A DNA stretch of 63,675 nucleotides, filler included, from Bigelowiella natans CCMP2755 (lineage: Eukaryota; Protista; Cercozoa), in NCBI GenBank assembly GCA_000320545.1. It is 6 parts of 6 records of this genome, joined end to end, with 100 filler letters (N's around TTAATTAATTAA, not from the genome) between each part and the next. Parts side by side here need not be neighbours in the genome. Positions count along the whole stretch, not along the records: positions 43,534 to 63,675 come from ADNK01001336.1; 5 more parts are not named here. One strand, given 5' to 3'. Position numbers and translations under genes: made by a program. Shown here piece after piece: positions 50,128 through 63,675 of this stretch (position 1 is its first letter; every line of letters starts with the position of its first letter). The notes beneath the pieces are model-generated. The model was not told the DNA's origin and did no database searches. It worked only from the letters and a program-made list of their open reading frames with translations.

Positions 50128-53100
50128 ATGCGGGGCACGTGGGATGGGCATATAGTCCTAGTTGTGACGCTGGTAGCCACTCTAGCCATTGAAATTCTTC
50201 CTTCAGTGCGTCTCACGGAGAAAAGGACAAAAAATGGTAATGCAGAAGAGCAAGTTACATCCTTATTTTTATAAAATATACATTCCATCCCGATTCGTAC
50301 TTCCATTGTTGTCTCTGACAACTGTGTGTGATTTCAGACCCGCTAGTGATTGTATCCACGGTCTCGGGACATTGGCATGTGTTTGACTCTAAGAGCGGGG
50401 TAAATTATTTAAATGAAAAAATCAAGCGTCGCCTTTTCTTGTTTCAATCTAATGTCGTCGTCGTGTTCAGACCTCGCTAATGTCCATTGGCCATGATGAC
50501 GGAAGAACTCCGGAGTTCAACATCGACAATATCCATGAGGACGAGAGGGCTCAGAACAGGCCTCTGCAACCGCCAAACATTTCTAATATGACCGAGCATT
50601 CCATGCGGGCACCGCGTCTCGTACCTTCACCAGAGGGCCGACTCTTCGCAGTTGGTGACGCTGGAAAAGATAATAGCTCAGATTTATTAACGGACACTGG
50701 ACTTACAATTCAGGATGTCGTTGCACGCTCTTCGGTGAGATCACGAACCTATACAATACCACAGACGGCTGTCATTTGCATTTTGGCATCCAAGTGTTAA
50801 TCTTCACCTTGATAAATAACAAAATATTGCTTGATCCAGGTCGTGGTGAATGACACAGTCATCATAGGATCACTGAGCAGTATGCTCTTCAACATCGACC
50901 TAGGGAAGTACAATATTCTTTCAACGAGTACGTTGGAAGGAGACACTGCCACAGAAGCAGATCTTTCCTCCCTGCAAGATGGTAGGGAGGGGTTGGAGTC
51001 AGAAGACAGCGGTTTAGAGGCGACAGTCGTCCGCGCGGACTACCTCCTCCAAGCTATGGATCGCAAATCTGGAAGCCTCTTGTGGGAGACCCGACACAGC
51101 CGATATGAAACATACCCCGCCTCATTAGAAACTGGAATAGGTCACGCTGGACCCAGAAAATTGCCTGAGAGCCCCTCAAGTTCAAGCTTTGGCTATTCAT
51201 CCTTTACAACCTCAGATTACATGTTTCACCTGGTCGTGTAGTAACATCATCATCGTTTACCATCTATTCTATCACCTTAGTCTATCATCTTAGTAGCCCC
51301 CCCCTCCCCCACCGTCCCTTCTCGCCATGTCTGTTTTGTGTGTTACTAAGGCGTGATGTTCTGCCTGTTTTCCTAGGTCGATACGGTCTCTGGGGAGCTT
51401 ATTTGGTCACGTAAGGTGAAGTTATGTTCTCAGAAATTGAGTTGCCGTTGATGAAAACCGTTAATACTATTTTCTTATTTTCCCTCCTACACGGCTCTCA
51501 GCTCCCGTCATTTCCAAGCCGGGTGGAATTATTCAAAGGAGGCAAAATCGAGACATTACCCCACCTCTTGACTGGCAGGCGGAGCGATCAAAGTGAGGAG
51601 GAACAGGAGAACCAGGATCAGCAAGAAACCGTCGGGCAGCATAGTCATCCCCCCCCCCCCCATACTCACAACCCCGTGCAAAAGCGTGACCCCACCATTT
51701 CCCATTCGCTCACGGTGGTGACTGACGAAAGAGGGTATCCGGTTGGAATATTGCCCAAGTTTCACCCATATGAGGCGGCGAGACTCTACCTTCCTACGAG
51801 CAGCACTCGCAAGGATGATGCAGCAGTAGTCGGAGCAGCAACTGAGGGTATGATCTCAGGCCCGGGCACGGCTCAAGGGGCCTCTAAAGGGATAAGGCCG
51901 AGTGAAGAAAATGCCCTGTGCCAAATGGGGGGGGGGGAGGGTGGAAAAGAGGTGATGCACCTGGACAGCAGCAACAACAACCACCACCATCCATTTATAG
52001 ATCGAGCTCCTCCAGGGTTGAGTGGTGAATTCGGGGAGGTAGAAGAGGATAGGGAAAGCAACCTAGACAAAAATACCAACTTCATCAGGTCCCTCTTTGA
52101 AGCTTTGGGCTTTGAGGTAATAACGGTTGGCTAGTAGTAATAGTCATTGTAGTAGTAGTAGTAGTAGTAGTAGTGTACCAGTAGCAGTAAAAGCAGCAGT
52201 GAAAAGTAGGTTTTCAAAGTAGCATTTGCCTATTTTTCTACCTGAAAGGGTTCGGGAGAGGACATGATGTACGAAGACATGAAGTATCCTCGATCCACTG
52301 AATATGAGGCGGGCGCGCGCATGGGCTGGAGTCAAGGTGACCCCCCCCCCCACACTACTACTACTACTACCACCACCAGCAGCAGCAGCAGCAGCACTCG
52401 TGCAACGAGCAGCGGGGGCGAGCAATGACAAGAAATGAACGAGAGATATATTGTGCAATGTGTAGGTTACTACGAAGGATTGCACGCAGCAGAGCAGCAA
52501 CAGAAGGCCTATGCTTACTGGTTGATAAATAGTACTGAGTAGACCGAAGTGTAGTCTCGTAGCGTCCATTCCACTCATCTCCCCTGCCCCTGTTAGAGTG
52601 ATGTTTGTTGTATGATGCTCTCATTGCAGTGCTCTTACCGTTGTTGTTGTTGTTCTTCTTTCTTTTCTCCCCTTCTATGCGTGGTGGTGGTGGTGGTGGC
52701 GGCGGCAGGAGCGCTCGGTCGTCGTCGTGGAACGTGCTGCGAAAGCCTGTCTCTCTGCTGCTCATCACGGTGGCAATGGGTAATAATAGCCAATAACCAG
52801 CGGAACAATTATGACGTACCGCATCATCGAAGAAGAAAAAGAAGAAGAGAATTAGGAAGAGGGGAGGAAACTTGATTTCATTTTCGTGTCATCAATTCTT
52901 CTCAGGTTTCCTCGTAATAGCTTTCACGTTCCTATCGCCGCCACCCAAGAAACAGCCCCGCATTGACATGAAGCATCTGGGTTCTTCGGCGTCGTCGGCA
53001 TCCAACGATGGCTCGGGGGGGAAGCTCCCACAGAAGGATGATTTCCGACGGCAGAATAATCAAATTCCATCCTCTTTTCCGAGTACGTACTCTTTTCGCT

Positions 53101-54491
53101 CATCTTCGTTAGGCGGCTATAGTCTCCTCGTATGCTTGTCATCTGAACCAGACCCCTATCACCATCACCACCACCATCACCGCCCCATAATCGCCCCTTC
53201 GTCCCTTCAGACAGCCATCAGCATTATTCTTTGACAAACTTAGTATGTGCTCACTCGCTCCTCGTCTGTGCCCCTTTGCGTACCAGGTTACTTCGGCTCG
53301 CGTTTGCAGCAAGATTTCGAGACTCTACAGAGACTCGGCAAAGGGGCATTTGGCACAGTCATTAAAGTAATCCGACATGGAGGGAGGGGGAACATAGGAA
53401 TTCGTCGGTGGGGAGGTGGGAGGAGAGTACCCACGAACTTTAAAAGCCCTATGTTCAACAACTACCAAAGATAATAACCTGCCTGGACAATCAACTATTA
53501 GCGATTTTACGCCGATATAGCGCCTCTATTTAGAAAACGTGCCGTTTTCCCTTTTTCAATAGGTGAGAAATCGCATTGATCTCCGCACGTACGCCGTGAA
53601 GTTAGTGGATCTCACCAAAGCGAAGGAAGGAGAGTCCTCCCGTCTGTCATATTCCCCTAGAGACAACTCCACCCCTGTGCCGCCTTCGAGAGTGCGCAGT
53701 CCTAGACGAGTGCTCGCCGAGTGCCTTAGAGAGGTATTATAAGGGGGGGATGGGGAGGCTTCTAGTGTTCATGATGCTGATGATAACGACGATGATGGCG
53801 TTTGGTGCTGAGTGGCGGCAATAAGAAGGAGTAACAATTTGCAATGCATTCGGTATTGCTCTCGGCTGGGATTCCAAGATGTGCTGAGCTAAATCACCAC
53901 CGATATTCGTCCTTGATGGCCGATCGGCAGTGTGTGAGGAGGGGGGGTTTATTCGGGGGGAATAATGTCTGTTTATTATACGTGTTGCTGGATGTGTTCC
54001 TTGAGTAATTTGTGTGCGTTGTGTGATAGGTACGACTGCTGGCACGTCTCGAGCATGAAAACGTGTGTAGGTAACAATTTGAGATTTGGATGCTAAGTGA
54101 ATTTGAGGGGAGGGAGGGAGGGAGAGAGAGAAACGGGGGGGGGGGGGAATTTAATTAGTGGGGAGTTTAATGACTAACGTAGAGGACAAGAAAATTAAGT
54201 TGCCAGTGTTTCCTTTTTCTAGGTACCATTGCGCCTGGATAGAGAGAACCCCCTCCTTCAGGGGAGGGGGGGGTTATGGCTGCTCGGTATCCAGAAACAG
54301 TTCTACTTCTTCTCTCACAACGAAGAGGGGGGACAACTATCCTAGCACAGAGAAGCAGCAGGTGCATAGCAGCAGCAGCAGCAGCAGCAACAACAATAAC
54401 AACAACCCCAAAAGGGAGAGGGGGACGAAAAAGAGAGGAAGCAGTTTCACAATAACCCACCGCCCACCGCCTGTGTTAGAAGAAGAAGAAG

Positions 54492-54522
<31 letters not shown>

Positions 54523-54843
54523 GGGAAAACAGCACAGGAAGAAGAAGAAGAAGAAGAAGAAGAAGAAGGACGAGGCGCAAGCAGCAGCGGGGGCACTTCG
54601 CGACGAATCGGTACAGAAACTGAGCGACATCTGCAAGAACGTCAACGTCCTTGAAGACTCCGACGAGGAGCAAGAGAAGGAGGAGGAGGTGGTTGGAGGA
54701 AGGGGGAACAACAGGAAGGATGGCAAGAACGGCGATGATGATGGCGGTAAAGACGATGATGACTACTACGACAAATGGGGTTGGAGCGGAAGCTCATGGA
54801 ACGACAGCACTAGCAACACCATCAACGCCATTCGCCAGGAGGC

Positions 54844-54877
<34 letters not shown>

Positions 54878-55524
54878 AGAGTAGGGTTTGGACTGGCACA
54901 CACGGAGGTCCTGTTTCCGAACCAACTCGCTCAGTTCGGTACTAGCCTTACCCAGATCGAGCGGCCAGGTGACTCGATCTCGCACGGGTTGAGCGACCTT
55001 TCATCGTACACCGGGGTCAACTTCGAGGGCACTCCCACCACCACTCCCGTTCCCCATGAAAAAAAGGGGGGGAGGGCTGATGACGCTAATGTTGATGATG
55101 ATGCTCACGGTGATAGTGCGGCTGCCGATGACGATGATGATAATGCCAACAATGACTCGAAGAAGCAGAGGGCAGCGGACGGGGTCGTCAACTCTGCCCA
55201 AAGCTCGCCTTTAGAAAACGCAGTGCAGCTGTACTCACCAAGGAGGCGGGGGAGGAGGAGGGGAGGGGGGTGGCACCAGAAAAGCGAAGACGACGATTCG
55301 GGATCGATTATGCGGCAAGACTCTCTGAATTTCGCCGACTGCCCAGATATGTTGCCTCTGGTTCATGGGATTTGCAGATCATCGGCTAGCATGGAGGAGG
55401 AAAAGGAGGGGGGTGATGATGATGATGGGAAAAGGAGCAAGAGGCAGCAGCAGCAGCAGGCTCACAACGTGTGGCTGTGTATACAAATGCAGGTAGTAGA
55501 CTAGTAAGTCTCTAGGAATCAACT

Positions 55525-55569
<45 letters not shown>

Positions 55570-55591
55570 TTGAGTAATGTTGAGTAATAAC

Positions 55592-55646
<55 letters not shown>

Positions 55647-56145
55647 ACTTTATGCCCCCCCCCCCCTCTTTAACCACATTACTCCGTCACTGAACCATAC
55701 TTGTTTCTTTTTCCTTGGCTTCCTGTCGTTGTCAGTTTTGTGGCGATAGGACTTTGCGTCACTGGCTAGATGCTCGCTCCAAACGCCCCAAGGTTGCTAG
55801 CGGACAGGAATTGACATGATTCTCCCCCTTATTTACCACTCAACCCGAAAACAATAACAAACCGAGCTGCACGACGCTCTATCTATCCCTATCTTTTGGC
55901 GTTCAACGAATTTTCCGACGATACTGAAAACATCGATGATTTTCGTCCCGCACGGCGGTGAATTGCTGTGTCGTGGGACGAAAAGTATTAGCGTTTTTCG
56001 CTCGAAATGAAGATGGCGCGATTTGAGAGATGGAGACGTCGTCATAGCCCTTTGTTCCACCGCTCCCATCATGCTAAAAATCCTCTCCATAGTGTTTTTG
56101 AGGATGTGTCAATTTACATTCCTATGTTTGGTGGTGGCGATGGTG

Positions 56146-56180
<35 letters not shown>

Positions 56181-56384
56181 TTCAGAAACGAGGTTTGGGG
56201 GTGGGAAAGAGCAGGCAATCATCGATTATGTCCGAGCCAGCCAAAAGGCCAGCCAGGCTCTCCTTCCACAACGTAGTAGCAACAAGAAGGAGGAGGAGGA
56301 GGATGATGGTGGGCTTCAACGGTGACGATGGCGATAGTGATGCCGGCGAGGGGGAGGATGGTGATAAGGACGAGAAGGGTCCAC

Positions 56385-56420
<36 letters not shown>

Positions 56421-58410
56421 GGAATGAGGTGTCCTCTTCTACTTTATTACAGCCTAGCAGCGGTAGTATTTGCTCAGGGGACTACGATCATATGATCGTT
56501 TTTGTACAGGTGATAGTAGTAGTAGTAGTTGTAGTAGTAGTAGTTGTAGTAGTAGTAGTAGTAGTAGTAGTATAGTAAGCAGCGGGTAGACAATAGGTGG
56601 GGAAGAAGACCAACAGGGTTATTGCATTGTTGGAGGACAGGTGCTGCAGTAGTAACTACTGGAGAACTGTACATTTCATTTGGTTGTTATTTGAGCAGAA
56701 AACGGAGATGATGTGCCCCCTGGTTGTTCACTCGTTGCCTTACTACTCGTGTATCCATCACCATCGTCATCGTTTCTCTGTTGTCGTTTTCTTTCCTCCT
56801 CCTCCTCCTCCTCCTCCTTCTTCTTCTTCTTTCTCCCGCTGTCTCTCTGCCTGTGCGTCCTATTGCCTATTGAGCAGATTCTGAAAGGCCTGGAGCACAT
56901 TCACTCCAAGGGGATCATCCATAGGTGAAGGAAGAATAATGGCCCAACCCTCCATCTTCCAACCCTATGATTTCGCCGATCTATCAATATATCAACAACA
57001 GACTGTGGAAAATTCTTCGAAAGCCAGCCCCTTTTTGTTACTTCTTTAGTGTGGTTAAAACCCGGTGGTTGGTAGCTGCTGACACTGCTGATATAGCATG
57101 CATATTTGTTATCCTTCAGGGATCTTAAACCGGACAATATATTCCTCTCATCTAGATGGCGCAGGAGCCAACTGTACCCCTTTTCATCTTGCCCCTCCAC
57201 TGCCTCTTCTTCGTCTTCTTCTTCTTCAGCAAAGCATGGCAAAGCAGTAGTGGCGGTGGGGACCGGTGGCGACGTGCAAGAGAATGGGGGGAGGGGCATC
57301 GTTGCGAAGAACCACGACGGGTTGGTCAACACCGTGCCCGAGCTTGTAATTGGAGATTTCGGCCTCTCGGTTGATACGTGCAGCGATGGTACGATGAGAA
57401 CAGAAGATGATGGCAGATGATGATGATGATGATGATGATAATGATAGTGGTGGTGGTGGACCGCAGCCCTAACCCTTTCTCGATCTCTTCGATCGACGAC
57501 GCGGATACTAATGATTCACCGTCGTTTACCCTTCTTGCTCATGGAACATAGGCCGTCTGTCATACGGAGTGGGGACACCGTGTTATATGTCGCCTGAGCA
57601 AACTAGGTAGTAGAAGTACTACTACTACTAGTAGTAGTAGTAGTAGTAGGAGAAGAAAATAGTGGTCATTGCAACCTGATGGCTCGGAGATGACGATGAG
57701 GTATAACTCCAGATTGCGATCATACGGCCCGGCTTCGGATATTTTCAGCCTGGGCATTATCTTGTATGAAATGGTCAGTGTAACTCCCGACGAGTGTGTT
57801 GCAGCTAGCCTGCGATGATGACGACGACGACGACGATAATGAGATGATGAGTAGTAGTGATGATAATGATAGTCGGTGCCGAAACATATTCCTCCTCGTA
57901 TGAGCACTACGTATACTTTCTAATCTGTTGTGTCGCGAAGGTGGCGGATTGGAAAACCCGGATGGAACGCCATATGGCCGTTGCCGAGCTTCGGAAGTCT
58001 CATCGTAAGTACCGTCGCAATAGCTTGCTACCGTCGTTGACCCCTTGCAGCGCATTAGTGATGCTACATTTTCTCCGAGTTTCTTCGCTTTGAGCATGTC
58101 TTGCAACCTCCGTGTAGATGTAAACTCTGCGGTCGCCAAGGAGTACCCGCAAGAGTCAAGGTGTATTCTCTTATTGTTGAGCTGAGGAGAATAGGGCGAA
58201 GCGAGGAGGACGAAAAGGATGATCATGATGATGATGACGATGGTGGTGGTGGTGGTGGTGGTGGTGGTAATGATGGTGGTGCACAGATGTCTTGTAGCCA
58301 CTCACAGTGATATTGCTCTTTTCAGGCTTGTGCTAAATATGACGGGGAGTGACCCTCATCGCCGCATGGATGCCAAAGCGCTTTTGGAAGACCCCTACGT
58401 CCAACAGTAA
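50128..58410 (+). CDS. PERK-like transmembrane eIF2-alpha kinase (signal peptide, IRE1/PERK-type luminal domain, TM, split kinase domain)
   Basis: Signal MRGTWDGHIVLVVTLVATLA; luminal LVIVSTVSG, LVPSPEGRLF, LQAMDRKSGSLLW; kinase SRLQQDFETLQRLGKGAFG, RNRIDLRTYAVK, LARLEHENVCRYHCAWIE, a long acidic insert, LCIQMQFC..TLRHWL, IHRDLKPDNIF, IGDFGL, GVGTPCYMSPEQ, SDIFSLGIILYEM, TRMER. Confidence 0.9.
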
Positions 58411-59805
58411 GAAGATGCAATTTTCACGCTGATCTAGTATATACTCACACTACACTTGAGTCGATCGACCAGGCGGCAGTTGATATGTATCGTTCTGTTA
58501 TTATCAAGGTTTGTGGACAGGCTACCCCGTCCGCGTTCAATATAATGAGTGGAGGAGTATTTACTTTCTACTCATCGTAGCTATGCTGCCCTTTTGCTCC
58601 AGAGCTAAGAGTCATTGGTAGCAGATGAGCTCTACTGACATTCATCATCTGATTCATCTACCCCGCCTTGTACGATGGCAAACAAAGCGAGAGTACGGTG
58701 AGTCGTAGTCCGATTCGCTTACGATGCTGAAAACTCTAGAATCAGCAGCACGAGCTCGGATATGCATAACATTTCTATGAAAACAAGAATGAGATAGGAC
58801 TCTATCTGCCTGTAAACTTCAAAACCTACGATACACTGGGTACATGCACGCACTACATTGTTCTGCGACGACTATGTACGCATTCATAAATCTTCGCGAA
58901 CGGGGTGTGTCTAGTGTGCTTACAGTACGTTACACTCGAAAAAACTCTAACACGTCGTGAAAGTGCTACGTAAGCGGCCAGTCGTGACGGCTATACGATA
59001 AGCTACTACTTTAGCCTTGCTAGCTTGGCGCAATAGCCATCACGTCTAGCGCCAGCCATTCTGCATTATAGTATACAAATGCGCCTGCACAATGCTAGCG
59101 ATGCATACTAGCAAAGCTAGAAAGGTTAATCATCGACACATTTGCAACGTGCATGCATTGGCACTTGACGGCGGATGTGATGATCTAGCATAGCTAGATA
59201 GCTAGATAGGGACTTATATACTAGTAATAAATTGTTATTATTTTCAATTGTCATCCGACAATTAGCTAAGTCGCTAGCTTTGAATTCTAGCTAGCTAGCA
59301 TTGCAGGGATTGCAGCGCCTTAAGTCATGCTTGCTAGCTTGTTTGTACATCAAGGCTATCTGACTATTAGCATGCAATCGACGTATATACGTATGTACAG
59401 GCGTCGCCGTACTAGCGTAGTCCATTGCACACCCTATAGCACCGATAACTCGCCAGAGATACGCATGCGTTTTAAACAATGCTCTGTGTGATCGTCTACA
59501 CAGGCATACCTACAAAGCGCATCATGCAACACGTAGTAATAAATAGGCACGTATTATTATTATTATTAGAAACTGTGTTTCTGCATATTTGATCGATACA
59601 TAATTGTAAGTTTTTTGGTATTTGAGATAACAGAGCCTTATTTCTATTGCAAAGCTCGTCGAGTAGAAGTTGACATGCGATTTACAAACTGCACAATTCC
59701 AACAACTTCCCCAACAGTGCCTCAATGCAGCTGTAGCTATACAAAAATGTTTGTGGGGTTGACAGATGCATCTCTGTGTGTTCTAAAGAATATCGCTCTA
59801 CATCA

Positions 59806-61476
59806 TCACAGTATCCCTCCAAATGTGTCATCTAAGACCTTTCTTCGAACCCTTCTATCGCATGTTTTGCATTCTTTCTTGTCAACATCGAGCGATGCTC
59901 TCTTCTCGGCAGCTCGGCCATCAGAGCTGAGTGAAAACCTGCATTGCGGACAAGTCTTGTTCCCAATCAAGAGCCAAGGGGTCAAACAATCCTTGTGAAA
60001 TCTATGCCGACAAGGTGTTTCCACTACTACATCCTCTCCCCCCGTTTGTAGGTCGCACTTACAAACTGCACAACTGTCCCCTTGCAATTGCGATGTTCCA
60101 ATTACTTTATGAATACTTGCATCGCAATTGGTGCTGGAACCACGAAGTGAATACAAAGACATCAAAGGCTTTGGCATCTTCGGTTTAGATAACGTGGGAT
60201 CTTCTATACATTTAATGTCGTCCCATGGCAACTCAGTCGAATCCTTGACTTTCTTGGAGGTGCACGAGTTCAGGCAGGCTTTTCCCTTTTCTACCCTTTT
60301 ACTACGCTTTGCTTTTCCTTTATGAGTAGATGGTACCTCTGAATATGCGTTATCAAGCCTAACGATCATATCGATTTCGTTTCCATCATTCAGTGAATGG
60401 GACTTCAACGGCTCACTGTCCAAAAGTTGTTTATCATTGTGTGAAAGACGTTGCAATTGACTAGGAATCTGGGTTATTTCCTCTATTTTTTCCTTAACAG
60501 AGAGCCCAGTATCGAATGCATCAACGTCCAAAGATAATTTCCCGGTGTCCACGAAGATGTCGTCTGCCACTTCCTTAAGAGAACAAGCACCTCCAGTTTT
60601 CACAGTTGCCTCTTCTGGTGGCAGATTGAATGAAACTTCGGAAAGGTCAAACCGGCATTGGGGGCAAGTTATGTTGACACTAAGCCATGGCTTCAGACAT
60701 TCCTGGTGAAATTCATGGTTACATGGGGTCACAACCACCGTATCCGAAGGCAAATAATCGCACTGACAGACAGCACAGGCCCCAAAACAGTCCTTCTCTC
60801 TCTTCGGCTTTCGCTTTTTAAAGCTGGACATCAACATCGTACAAAACCACTCCGGAATAGTTTGTGTTTGATCCACAGAGAATGCCAGATCCATAGAGAA
60901 CGGAAGAGAAAAGCCACCATTTCTGTTTCTTCCACACGTGGGTAGCGATCCATGAGATGCTCCGGTGGCGGAATCATCGCACGAATTCGCTCTCATGCAG
61001 CATCTTGAAACGGCACCCTTAGAACACCGCCCTGGACCAGGTTTATCTTCATAATCTGCGACGAATAAACTATCTACGAAGTCGTTCAGTGACTCCGACC
61101 GGCTATCTTTTGGTAGCCAATTCGATTGCCCATACACTTTAAGAGCGGAACCCTGACAAAATATTTATTAGAATTTGCGATATTTTTGGATAAAAATAAA
61201 GAGAAAACAGGACACCTTTTTGATGCACTGATCTTTGAGGACGACTTCATCACAAAGGCGCTTTCCGTTGACCTCAATTTCCTGTGCATGTGGAGGGATG
61301 CCCGTAGCCTCAAAAATAGCCTGTTTGACTTCCGCGGAAGTTTCTGTTCCATCCACGTATATATCTACCGCCCTACTCGAAGAGGAAGATGAAGAAGAGG
61401 ACGATGACGCCAATGATGAAGGATTGGGCTTCTTGCATAGAGGTGAAGAGACATTGGCTCGTGGAGCGGGAATCAT
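59806..61476 (-). CDS. Putative E3 ligase with UBL-RING(H2)-UBL-RING(H2) architecture; start approximate
   Basis: UBL1 VKQAIFEATGIPPHAQEIEVNGKRL; RING CAVC..PCNHEFHQECLKPW..TCPQCR; UBL2 VKEKIEEITQIPSQLQRL; RING CAVC..PCRHRFHKDCLTPW..TCPQCR. Confidence 0.85.
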
Positions 61477-61785
61477 CTCTAGCCCTCTCTTTACTTCCTC
61501 TCCATTGAGTTCTGTTAGGCTTCTGATGGACCTTTCTCGGCATTTTCTGCTTTCGTATCCATTCCATTTTTAAGGTGCGTCATATGATTCAGGCCGCCTT
61601 TATCGCCAAACCCAACGTGTTAGCAGGAGAGAAGTGTCAATTTTACGCCGCTCTTCACAGCTTTTTCTACATCCCGAGTCAGACGCAGATGATTACCTAA
61701 AAGCGTCATCCCCATCATCTTGTCGCAGGATGATTGTCATTTTGGGCAAAATTTCAGTTGGCCCCCGCTGTCGCCCATCGCCGGC

Positions 61786-62371
61786 ATGGTGGTGATACTG
61801 GGCATTGAAGGCTCTGCAAATAAATTAGGTACCAGAATGAATAGTGATTCATGAATGGGACATGACTGATTCGAAAATATTCGAAGGCGTCGGAATCGTC
61901 ACAGATCTGGGTGAAGACCCCATCCTCGCTAACCCAAGGCACACATACATAACCCCGCCGGGGACCGGCTTCCTGCCCAGGTAACGAGCGTCACCTTGTT
62001 ATAACCGTTCCTAATAAAGTGTGTGTGTCAGAGAGACTGCCGAGCACCATCGAAAGCACATACTGCAACTAGTGAAAAAAGCGCTCGAGGAGGCCAAGTG
62101 AACACCAACCCCTTAACCCGCTGAAAAACAAATGTATTTCAAACATTTGTTGTTATGTGCTGTATCAAAATAGAATACCGCCGAAGGATATTGATGCTCT
62201 TGCCTACACGAAGGGCCCAGGAATGGGGGCACCATTGCAGGTAGTGTGCAACTCACACTAGAATAGGCACCATTTTCCCAGCTTTTTATCGTTGTCGTCG
62301 TCTTCGTCTCCAGATAGGTGCATTAGTCACCAGGACTTTGGCGATTCTATGGAAAAAACCTATCTTTGGGG

Positions 62372-62442
<71 letters not shown>

Positions 62443-63581
62443 TATACAACTGTGCCGAATCCTGTGGTAATGGCATTGAATGCAATGTTTTTAGGTGAAC
62501 CACTGTGTGGGTCATATTGAGATGGGGCGAAGGCTCACGGAAGCTAAGGACCCTATAGTTGTTTTACTCTAAATTCATGCATTATACATCTGGGAACTAA
62601 TATGAAAAACAATGCGTACATGCAGGTCTTATACGTTTCAGGCGGTAACACACAGGTATTCAACATAGAGCAATACCCTGAACCGATGCAGCAGCCTAAC
62701 GACGGTGTGCGTAGGTCCTCGCTTACTCGCAGCAAAAGTACCGAATCTTTGGAGAAACTATCGACATTGTACGTTGCAAGTCTTTCCCCCTAAATGACGT
62801 CTCACTACTGTTCACATGAGAAAAAAAAGAAAAACAGTCGCAGCACTCACAGAGCAGCTGTGTTTTGCATGAAGGCGGTAGGAAACACGCTGGACCGGTT
62901 TGCTCGTGTCGTTGGCCTTCCGAATGACCCAAGTGACAATACAGTTTGGGCATCTCACGGTGCGCTTCACCGTGATGACTGTTGCTAAGACGCGATGTGC
63001 TTGCTTACTCACAGACCCTGGCTATAACATCGAGCAATCGGCAAAGAAAGGGAAAACACTCATTGAGCTTCCGATAGTGGTATTCGCGTGGGATTGGCCA
63101 CCTGATTTGTCGTCACCAGAATCACGTTGACGTGCATGATTTCCACCCACAGGTTAAGGGAATGGACATATCTTTGTCGGGGATACTTGCTCAGGTGTTG
63201 GGACATACAACGATACTGCTACTGCCACCATAACTACTACTACTGCTGTTTGCTGCTGCTACCTAACTACTACCATAAGAAATGAAGGGAGAGCTGTTAA
63301 ATACGCGTGCTGCAACCACTTAACTATTGTCAGGTCGGATGATATACTAATCTATGGAATGTTTGTAGGTTACGCAGCTTGCTAAGACCCAGGTCAAGGC
63401 GGGCAAGATAACGACGGAGGTAAACGTTCTTCCTTCCTTTCTTTGTTGACCAAGCCTCTGACTCGGTATGGATGATCATATGACCATTTCAAGGATCTTT
63501 GCTTCTCACTACAAGAAGCAGTTTTCTCGATGCTAGGTTTCTACTTATATTGGACGCTATGCTGTTTACTTCGCGACACAC

Positions 63582-63646
<65 letters not shown>

Positions 63647-63675
63647 GGAGGGGGAGGGGGGGAGGGGGAGGAGGA
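61786..63675 (+). CDS. KAE1: tRNA N6-adenosine threonylcarbamoyltransferase KAE1/OSGEP, many short exons, runs off the window
   Basis: [96 protein letters not shown]. Confidence 0.96.

Noticed and set aside
34370-63675. RNA-modification cluster NOP2-TruA-KAE1
   Set aside because: KAE1 is on another contig more than 20 kb away; only the NOP2/TruA adjacency is real.

Overview
Intron-rich, microsatellite-rich eukaryotic (protist) nuclear DNA. It is made of six contigs joined by identical artificial 100-bp linkers (N44-TTAATTAATTAA-N44), so neighbourhood across the linkers is not biological. TTAGGG telomeres, many short GT-AG introns and a signal+transit-peptide-like leader on a TruA suggest a secondary-plastid alga such as a chlorarachniophyte (tentative). 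Recognisable genes: GH1 beta-glucosidase, an LCCL-domain membrane protein, a cathepsin B-like protease, an HPS3-like C-terminus, a very large FIG4 phosphoinositide phosphatase with extra DEP and PDZ-like domains, NOP2, TruA, a two-finger C2H2 protein, TOP1, a PERK-like eIF2alpha kinase, a UBL-RING-UBL-RING ligase and KAE1/OSGEP. The most striking signal is non-coding: three ~1-1.3 kb zones (the subtelomere, an intergenic block and a dead LINE) have lost nearly all TpA dinucleotides, which appear as TpG or CpA. In-window controls show the direction TA>TG/CA: degenerate CCCTAA repeats, two TA-retaining inverted copies of the LINE end, and a decayed (TA)n array. Surviving TAs are biased to CTAG. 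This looks like a locus-targeted TpA hypermutation system running opposite to fungal RIP. Exon boundaries and all counts were made by eye and are approximate.
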